Shown: positions 57,575 to 64,000 of the stretch, one piece after another
Position numbering within the stretch: the stretch's first letter is position 1
Layout of the letters: each line of letters starts with the position of its first letter
IMG/VR virus record: IMGVR_UViG_3300047476_001246
Source: a virus
Direction: 5' to 3' (one strand)
Length of the DNA stretch: 64,000 nucleotides
Translations under genes and position numbers: made by a program
The notes under the pieces: model-generated
Seen by the model: the letters and a program-made list of their open reading frames with translations, nothing else
The model's database searches: none
What the model was told of the DNA's origin: nothing

Positions 57575-58024
57575 TTAGATTTTTATTGATAGAGAAGGTT
57601 GATGAGTGTTGTAAGTAATAGAGCAGCCATTTTCGCCATCTTCACTTACTTCAATTATAACACGACGATCGGGATATCTATTAGCAATTTGAACATACAG
57701 TTCATCAGCAATCATCTCGCATGATTTGTAGTCCAGTCGCAGACAATTTGATTCCCCTGAATACAGTGCTTCCAGCCATCGTTTGAATTGGATGAACTCG
57801 ATATCACGGTCATTGTGCCATACGTCGATTGACACCCGGAAGTGAAAAATATGGCGATGAGGATAGCCAAGAAACGATACATCATATTGATCTCCAGTTG
57901 CTAGTTTTGGGTCATCAAGTGCTGCTGGATATTTATGAATACCTTCTTTGCGAAAAGTGACCCAAATTTGTCTTTGGGCTTGTTCCATGATTCTATCCGC
58001 TGTGTCTCTTTGTTCTTGATTCAT
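57575..58024 (-). CDS. QueD-like T-fold protein, candidate DpdL (CDG decarboxylase)
   Basis: EGIHKYP, LGYPHRHIFHF (LxxxHRHxF), DRDIEF, SCEMIA, EVSEDGENG; lies near the TGT-like gene. Confidence 0.6.
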   Translation of the reverse strand: MNQEQRDTADRIMEQAQRQIWVTFRKEGIHKYPAALDDPKLATGDQYDVSFLGYPHRHIFHFRVSIDVWHNDRDIEFIQFKRWLEALYSGESNCLRLDYKSCEMIADELYVQIANRYPDRRVIIEVSEDGENGCSITYNTHQPSLSIKI

Positions 58025-58536
58025 CTAACAATCTCGTCTTTAGTGTATTTGGACCAATCAGTAAATGACTGATCTCGTTTCATTAAATTGTGTACGCTAT
58101 GGCACCAAACCCCAGGATTTGTTGCAGCGAAATCTTTGTCGTCTAACTTAATTGTAGCATTATATCCCAGTTGTTGTATATAGGGCAATTTAACCGAAAT
58201 CATAGGAATAAAATTATGCCGTTCGGTCAATCCGCTTTCTAGTAGACCCTCAACTTGGTTAACGTCAATATCCAACGTACAAAGAGTTCCTTTGGATAAA
58301 AATGGATGAATCATGTTCTCCCACTTGGTCCATTCAGTACTATTTGTGTCAATTGGCGGAAAACTTTGATTGGCACCAAAATAAATGTGTGTACATTTAT
58401 GAGCAACCATTGCTGCTTCAATTAGTTCTTGTGATTGAATGCCAACCACAAACAATGTTTTTTGACCGTAAGCTGGACTGTGTTCAACTTCCGTGCCAAC
58501 AAACAAACTTGTATTATTGTGACCTGCTCTATTCAT
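58021..58536 (-). CDS. Hypothetical protein in the deazaguanine cluster
   Basis: 171 aa ORF; HIYFGANQSF, NPGVWCH. Confidence 0.7.
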   Translation of the reverse strand: MNRAGHNNTSLFVGTEVEHSPAYGQKTLFVVGIQSQELIEAAMVAHKCTHIYFGANQSFPPIDTNSTEWTKWENMIHPFLSKGTLCTLDIDVNQVEGLLESGLTERHNFIPMISVKLPYIQQLGYNATIKLDDKDFAATNPGVWCHSVHNLMKRDQSFTDWSKYTKDEIVR

Positions 58537-58751
58537 TAATAATCATCTCCATAACCGGTTCGCTGTGTATCCTCTTCCCACTGTAGTTTAGTTAGTTTAC
58601 TGATTTCGTCCTTAATGAGCAACTTTTTCTTTTTGAGATCAGCCAAGTGTTCGATATCTACACCTGGATGATTGTTTTGCATCTCGTTAATTTGCTTGTC
58701 CAGCAACTTGTGCATTTCTTCTAGATGGTTAATTCTGCTTTTATAACTCAT
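58536..58751 (-). CDS. DUF465/YdcH-like small coiled-coil protein
   Basis: HKLLDKQI...LKKKKLLIKDEI. Confidence 0.7.
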   Translation of the reverse strand: MSYKSRINHLEEMHKLLDKQINEMQNNHPGVDIEHLADLKKKKLLIKDEISKLTKLQWEEDTQRTGYGDDY

Positions 58752-58752
58752 G

Positions 58753-60414
58753 TTAGCCCTCCACTAAATGATCTAAAGAAATTGGAATACTTTTTTGTTT
58801 CTTGGGTTTATCAAGCTTGGTATCCGATCCTTCAATTTCCAGATGTACTTCGGCCATTGTTTCGGAATTCAATGCTTTTTTACCTTTATTTCCTCGAGTA
58901 CCAATAATTTCCATCCAGTAGTTCTTATAGTACTCAATTATGGCCAAGCTTTCATCTTTGGTTGGTGCAGCAAAGATCGCTTCCACTAGGTCCTCAAACT
59001 TTTCATGTCCTGGACCTGAATACTGCATCATGTAAGGACGATCACCTGCATCAAATCGCCGATTGGCTTCTTGTACAGCAGTAATATGCATCCATACATT
59101 GTGTCCCATTAGCAACATATAGCTAAACGAATCCCAACTAGTTTTACCTTCCTTGCCATTCTTATTTAGGTCACCGGGCCGATATATACAAATGTCTTTC
59201 ATTTGTAAATGATCACTAATTGGACTTTCTTGCCAATTTGGATAAATGCCATCTTGTACTACACCATCTGACCATTTGCGAGTGTCCGTTGCATATTTTT
59301 TATCATCGGCACTTGGAGCCATTCTATAACTCCATTTACCCTCGTGTTCAAATGTATTTTCGTAATACACTTGGCCGTTGGCTGTTGCAAGAAACGGACT
59401 AGCACAATCAAAACTAATAGTGAAATCTGGATTCACATGTTTTCGTACAGCTCGTTGAATCACTGTTAATAGTACTGCCCACTCCAGTTTACTTGTACCT
59501 AGAAAGTGCATCCAGTCGTGGACGCCTTGTTGTAGCAAATTATCATATCGTAATGCAACCAGGCGTCTAAGAATCAGATCAACATCGCACATGTTCTGAC
59601 CTCCCATGGCCCAACCATCAAAATGTCGATCAGGATACTGTGCGGGATCACAGTACTTCTTCATTTCTTGATACCAAGACTCGGCGTTTGTGTGATTGGA
59701 GCCTTGTAAAACATTTAGAAACTTGGCACCACCGTTGTTCTTGCCTCGACGATTGGCAATAAAGTATTCGTTATTGAATTTTGTTGCTGCAATAGCTTCA
59801 GGTACAGTTTTAATTTTACAAGCGTCACTGGCTTTCTTGTCTTTAGTGACCCAAGTTGGAATATCAAGAATCATGCCGTAGTCAGCAATGCCATCTAACC
59901 ATTTAAGAACAGCATCTCGTTTCTTTTGTGCAGCATCCAATAACTTTTGATGTTCCTTCAATGGATCAACTACAACAGTTTTGCCTTTTTTATTAACTTC
60001 GGTGTAAGTACCCTGTGCCGCAAGATCCTTTAGTTCTTGTTGAACTTCAACGCTGCCAGGATCACGCCAGTCACCTTCCCACAGTCCTTTAGCAATCTGG
60101 AATCCACCCGAGTCGCCTAGCATGAACGTGCCTGATTCGCGTTTTCGAACCATGTCTTCGCTGGCGTCGTCTTTGGCAAGATCTAGGTTTGCGTGTCCGC
60201 CGGAGTAGAGGCTCCATCGGTACGGGAAGAGGGCTTGTTGGCTGTTGAGCCAATTGAATTGCTCCATGTCTTGTAGTGCCTTAGGCATACGAGCAGGATC
60301 AACATAGTCATTGTTAACACGTTGTTTTCCTATAAAAGTTGCATAGAAACCAGATATAGCAGGTAAGAAAACTGCATAATCTGATTGTTTACTAGTTAAA
60401 TTATCTTGGGTCAT
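58753..60414 (-). CDS. dpdA: TGT-fold guanine transglycosylase, DpdA-like (7-deazaguanine insertion into DNA)
   Basis: LGDSGGFQ, ILDIP, LNVLQG, GWAMGG, MHFLG, SFDCAS; co-located with folE/queD/queE. Confidence 0.72.
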   Translation of the reverse strand: MTQDNLTSKQSDYAVFLPAISGFYATFIGKQRVNNDYVDPARMPKALQDMEQFNWLNSQQALFPYRWSLYSGGHANLDLAKDDASEDMVRKRESGTFMLGDSGGFQIAKGLWEGDWRDPGSVEVQQELKDLAAQGTYTEVNKKGKTVVVDPLKEHQKLLDAAQKKRDAVLKWLDGIADYGMILDIPTWVTKDKKASDACKIKTVPEAIAATKFNNEYFIANRRGKNNGGAKFLNVLQGSNHTNAESWYQEMKKYCDPAQYPDRHFDGWAMGGQNMCDVDLILRRLVALRYDNLLQQGVHDWMHFLGTSKLEWAVLLTVIQRAVRKHVNPDFTISFDCASPFLATANGQVYYENTFEHEGKWSYRMAPSADDKKYATDTRKWSDGVVQDGIYPNWQESPISDHLQMKDICIYRPGDLNKNGKEGKTSWDSFSYMLLMGHNVWMHITAVQEANRRFDAGDRPYMMQYSGPGHEKFEDLVEAIFAAPTKDESLAIIEYYKNYWMEIIGTRGNKGKKALNSETMAEVHLEIEGSDTKLDKPKKQKSIPISLDHLVEG

Positions 60415-61021
60415 TGTAAAATTCAATAGTGTTTATAAATTCGTAATCTTCTTTATAAGCCTGTACTACTCGTGCTTTTAAATCTGGATTGTTTGCAATT
60501 TGTTTTTTGATAAATCTTGATACTTGTTCGGTATCATAATTGGATTCAGATTTATTAGCATTGACTGTGACAGTTGTATTTAGATCGTGTCCAAGAAACG
60601 AATTAATTTGTGGAACTAAATTCTCGTTATAACGAAAGAATACAGGATTATAATCAAGTATTTGTTTAATGTATTTTACTTGATGATCAGTGTGATCGTC
60701 AAATATCACTTGATCAAAGATAATTCGTTTTGCTAGATTGTTGTAATCTTCAACAAAGTGATCACTACCATAACCATAACCAAATAAATGTAATGCAGCA
60801 TAAGTGGCGAACCCACTGATCCATCGGTCCACTGGGTCTCGAACAAATGCCATTGTGGTTTTAATAGCAGAGGAATTTTCTAATATGTTCCAATGACTCC
60901 ACTCGTTTTCTTTTAGTACATTAGTTAAATATGTACTTGCATTTTTTGGAATATTGAGATAAAATATTTCCCGGGTGGGAGAAATCATTCCTCCCCCTGG
61001 GTAATATCCGCGATCTTGCAT
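60401..61021 (-). CDS. Sulfotransferase family protein
   Basis: 5'-PSB-like IPKNAST and 3'-PB-like VRDPVDRWISG; C-terminal Y.ED. Confidence 0.65.
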   Translation of the reverse strand: MQDRGYYPGGGMISPTREIFYLNIPKNASTYLTNVLKENEWSHWNILENSSAIKTTMAFVRDPVDRWISGFATYAALHLFGYGYGSDHFVEDYNNLAKRIIFDQVIFDDHTDHQVKYIKQILDYNPVFFRYNENLVPQINSFLGHDLNTTVTVNANKSESNYDTEQVSRFIKKQIANNPDLKARVVQAYKEDYEFINTIEFYNDPR

Positions 61022-61743
61022 TACTTGGTTTGAGCAGGTAAAATGTAGTTGTAAACAGCCAGTCCTGAATCAACAGTAATCTGTGCCGCACCTTCATCAC
61101 TGAAGCGAATCATTTTGTCGCCTGGTAGACTCAAGATGCCAATAACAGCAGCAACTGGCCAGTGCCAAGCTTTAGACAAGCTACCAGACACATCATGGGC
61201 AAACACAAAATTGCCGGCATGACTTGAGTGGTCGCCAAAGTAAAATACTAGATTACCGTTTTCTACCCGGGCAATAAAAGTAGTTTCTTCACTGTTGGCT
61301 TGAGCCTGAAATTTCAAACGTTGAATACTGGCCACGCTTGGTTCAATTTCTACACCCCACTTGACGCCTTTGAACTTGACTGTCTTGAGTTTGTCATTGA
61401 CCACATTCGCAGTCATTAGGCGATAATCGTTTTTAAAATCACCATTTTTATTCTTGAACGAAATACCATCAGGGTCGCCGCCTTCTTTTTTTGTAATTAC
61501 AATAGCAGCATCTTCCTTGTATTCGGGAATGTTTAAGATAGTGTTTAGTTTACCTAGGCTAGGCATACCAAAAGTTCCAATAAACTCTGGAACTGGATTG
61601 TGAAACTGTGCTTGAATAATAGCAACCCGATCTTCGCTGACTGCGTCAATAACAGTAGCGGAATCTGTGCCTGTAATTTTTACCAAATCAATAAAACCGA
61701 GGCCATGAGTGTGCTGTACAATGTCGTGTAAATAGTCTTTCAT
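61021..61743 (-). CDS. Putative DNA polymerase sliding clamp/processivity factor
   Basis: 240 aa, beta-rich, ends YNYILPAQ, lies near the DNA polymerase; no diagnostic motif. Confidence 0.45.
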   Translation of the reverse strand: MKDYLHDIVQHTHGLGFIDLVKITGTDSATVIDAVSEDRVAIIQAQFHNPVPEFIGTFGMPSLGKLNTILNIPEYKEDAAIVITKKEGGDPDGISFKNKNGDFKNDYRLMTANVVNDKLKTVKFKGVKWGVEIEPSVASIQRLKFQAQANSEETTFIARVENGNLVFYFGDHSSHAGNFVFAHDVSGSLSKAWHWPVAAVIGILSLPGDKMIRFSDEGAAQITVDSGLAVYNYILPAQTK

Positions 61744-61766
61744 TTAGATCTCCAATAATAGTTGTA

Positions 61767-61795
61767 AGTTTAGCAAAGGTATTTAGACAAGTCAA
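61767..61795 (-). promoter_or_regulatory. Sigma70 promoter with a nested TAAATA
   Basis: TTGACT-17 bp-TAAACT; TAAATA at 61785-61780 within the spacer. Confidence 0.55.
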
Positions 61796-62724
61796 TGGTT
61801 AATTTGTTTTATTTCACCAAGTGCTTGTGATGCTTTTATCGAATTTAGGACACCTTGCTTTTTAAATTCAATAAACGAGTGCGATGGGTCAGAGTTATAA
61901 CTGATAACAGTTTCAAATCCTATACTCTCTGCCATTGGTACCAGTATAGATTCTGGCACATAGGTCATAAAATAACTTTCTGCAAGGCCAGCCGATGTTG
62001 ATAAATCAGCATTGTTGTAAGTGAAAATAATAGTGCCGCCGGGTCGCAGCCATTCCATGGCCTGTAGCAACAGTTGTTTGATACTGTCAACACTGAGATA
62101 ATTAAAAAAATTAAAACTAAAGATTAAACCAAATTGATTTTTTGGCAAGTTATCAATTTTATAAAAATCGTGTATCAGGTATTTCCTTACTCTGCCTCGA
62201 TATAGATCTGGAAATTGTTCTACAGCAGATGTGAGAAACTCAGGAAACACATCAGCAATATATAGTGGATCACTTGCGACCAACAGTTTGGTCCAATCTC
62301 CGTCTCTACAACCAATTTCAAGAGCAGGGTATTTCCAATTGCTATACAAATTGATTCTTTTTGCAAGCTCTTCGAGAAATTTGTCGTTCTCGGGCATGAC
62401 TCTGACTTTTCGAATAAATTCTGGGCTTACGTGTTTTAGTTCAGTTTGATAATTTTCTTGAAAAAATCTACTAGATAACGAAGTAATTCTTTCTTGAACT
62501 TCTTCGTAAATTACACGCACATTCTTTATATCTTGTTCTAGTGCAAATGTTATTTTTTTGTGATCTTCGGCTGCAGATAGAATTTTATCTGCAATGTCTT
62601 GATCTATGTTATTTGTTATTGTGTTTAATCGTGCGTAATTTTTTTCAATTTCTGTTTTGATAATTGAAGTATCTAGAACTTTAGCTAGTTGATTGCGTAA
62701 TTGTACAAGCTCAGATAAATTCAT
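61792..62724 (-). CDS. Class I SAM-dependent methyltransferase with an N-terminal coiled coil
   Basis: ALEIGCRDG, FGLIFSFNFFNYL, WLRPGGTIIF. Confidence 0.8.
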   Translation of the reverse strand: MNLSELVQLRNQLAKVLDTSIIKTEIEKNYARLNTITNNIDQDIADKILSAAEDHKKITFALEQDIKNVRVIYEEVQERITSLSSRFFQENYQTELKHVSPEFIRKVRVMPENDKFLEELAKRINLYSNWKYPALEIGCRDGDWTKLLVASDPLYIADVFPEFLTSAVEQFPDLYRGRVRKYLIHDFYKIDNLPKNQFGLIFSFNFFNYLSVDSIKQLLLQAMEWLRPGGTIIFTYNNADLSTSAGLAESYFMTYVPESILVPMAESIGFETVISYNSDPSHSFIEFKKQGVLNSIKASQALGEIKQINH

Positions 62725-62751
62725 CGAATAGCACCATTTACAGTTAGATAT

Positions 62752-64000
62752 TTATTCGAACGTGAACAAGCTATCGAATGTTGTTTTGATATCAGTATGC
62801 GAGGGAATATCCCAATCAAGAACTCCTAATAGATTTTCTACTTTTTGATCCACAATAGTAGTTTCCATCAGTCCATCATCAAATGGTAGATCTTTAAACC
62901 ATTGCGGAATATGTGTTTCGTCTGTGGGATAACCTACACTGGTATAGCCCAGAGGATTGTCTTTGAGTTTACACACAATGGTTTTCATGCCATCAATGAT
63001 AGACATAGAATAGTTGTCTCCGTGCATACGACGCAAGTTATTCCAGTTCATTGCTGCACGTACATGCCCGGGCATGTTGGCTCGGCCGAGACGTTCTTCT
63101 TCTTTGCTATACTTGGTCAAGTTGTTCACACGTTTAGGAGTACCTTTTTCCCAGGCTGGTCTATCCTGAAACGCAAGTTTGAATTCGCGTACCTTGTCGT
63201 ACACATGATCCGGTTTCGCTCCTGTTAGAACATCAGTTAACAATTCACTTAAGAAATCCTGCACAACCTTGGGAGTATCAGACCGTTTAAGGTCAAGCCC
63301 CATTGCTTTTACTTTACCGGGCTTGCCGTGTGTGTCTAGTCTATTATTTTCTAAATCATAAATTAGTACTGCATAGCGTTTCTTCTTTATGAATAGTCCC
63401 TTGCTAGCAACAAGCTCCCGCCCTCCTTTGATAAGCGAACCCATCGATCGCGGTACGTGACACGCTCGTTCCATAAAGGCCGGAAAACTTGCGTTAACTT
63501 GATCAGCGATTGAATCATAGAGCTGCACACAGATTTCTTTGTTCCACTCCATACGTCCGGCTTCAACTTCTTCTCTAACAGCAGGCCAAGCTGTAAAATA
63601 GCAACTGTCAGTGTCGCCGTAGATGATACTTTTACCCACATGGTCGTACTCTCCGAAGATGCACTCATTGATATACGCATCCATGTGCCTAGCAATGATA
63701 CGTCCAGTGAGCGTAGTGCTTTGACCAATCCTTTTGTCGAAAAATCTACAACCTGGGTTGAGAATTGCTCCGTAGAGACTGTTAAGGTTAATCTTTTTAA
63801 CCAGCTGTCTCTTATCCCAAAAAGCCTTGTCTTCTTCAGTAGTTGCTTCTTTTTTCTTGGCTTGCAACTCCTTGCGTTCTGCATACCACCTCTCAAGTAG
63901 TCCTGGCACAACTGCCTTTTGTTCATAACTGAATATAGTGCCGTTGGCACTCAGCATCCAGGGTCGATTACTGTCAAATATTAGTCGCCAAATGTCAGCA
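62752..64000 (-). CDS. Family B DNA polymerase, C-terminal part (5' end outside the window)
   Basis: KKINLNSLYG (motif B), YGDTDS (motif C), KKRYA, MGLDLKRSDTP. Confidence 0.95.
   Translation of the reverse strand, partial: ADIWRLIFDSNRPWMLSANGTIFSYEQKAVVPGLLERWYAERKELQAKKKEATTEEDKAFWDKRQLVKKINLNSLYGAILNPGCRFFDKRIGQSTTLTGRIIARHMDAYINECIFGEYDHVGKSIIYGDTDSCYFTAWPAVREEVEAGRMEWNKEICVQLYDSIADQVNASFPAFMERACHVPRSMGSLIKGGRELVASKGLFIKKKRYAVLIYDLENNRLDTHGKPGKVKAMGLDLKRSDTPKVVQDFLSELLTDVLTGAKPDHVYDKVREFKLAFQDRPAWEKGTPKRVNNLTKYSKEEERLGRANMPGHVRAAMNWNNLRRMHGDNYSMSIIDGMKTIVCKLKDNPLGYTSVGYPTDETHIPQWFKDLPFDDGLMETTIVDQKVENLLGVLDWDIPSHTDIKTTFDSLFTFE

Noticed and set aside
58753-60414. Canonical tRNA-guanine transglycosylase for queuosine
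   Set aside because: It lacks the C-terminal CxCxxC zinc motif of bacterial Tgt, is longer and divergent, and lies close to replication genes; a DNA-acting role is preferred but unproven
718-63950. The many short antisense or alternative-frame ORFs in the track (e.g. 37643-38158, 43829-44230, 63387-63950)
   Set aside because: They are shadows of well-supported genes, with no RBS or motif support
1-64000. Stop-codon reassignment, as in some large phages
   Set aside because: Long ORFs tile the window under the standard code, and TAA, TGA and TAG all end genes at sensible positions
1-64000. tRNA genes, CRISPR arrays, integrase, reverse transcriptase/DGR
   Set aside because: None recognised by eye and intergenic gaps are short; tRNAscan was not run

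Overview
This 64 kb window is from a large lytic dsDNA tailed phage, probably a T4-like or jumbo myovirus from an environmental sample. The evidence is dense same-strand gene packing with ATGA overlaps, TAAATA late-type and sigma70-type early promoters, a family B DNA polymerase, a T4-type RNase H and thyA/DHFR. From left to right: (1) glycine-rich tail/virion genes at 1-6.4 kb. (2) A ~25 kb tailoring island at 6.4-31.5 kb with seven radical SAM enzymes (six in tandem), about six glycosyltransferase-like genes, SGNH-like esterases, a carbamoyltransferase, a 2OG-Fe(II) oxygenase, an APS kinase, a sugar aminotransferase and an epimerase. (3) Minus-strand nucleotide-metabolism genes and small early genes, including a MoxR ATPase/vWA pair. 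(4) A 7-deazaguanine DNA-modification cluster at 45.8-61 kb with folE, queD, queE, a TGT/DpdA-like gene and a QueD-like DpdL candidate, but no queC in the window. It is interleaved with a glycosyltransferase, galE, an aminotransferase, a nucleotide-sugar dehydrogenase, a PRTase and a sulfotransferase. (5) A putative clamp and the DNA polymerase. The clearest structural observation is a GIY-YIG endonuclease cassette inserted into queD. It carries a synonymously recoded replacement 3' end, and the old 3' end remains 1.5 kb downstream, still coupled to the next gene. Also seen: a structured leader upstream of queD, and a head-to-head gene pair whose start codons overlap. All functional calls come from motifs read by eye; no searches were run.
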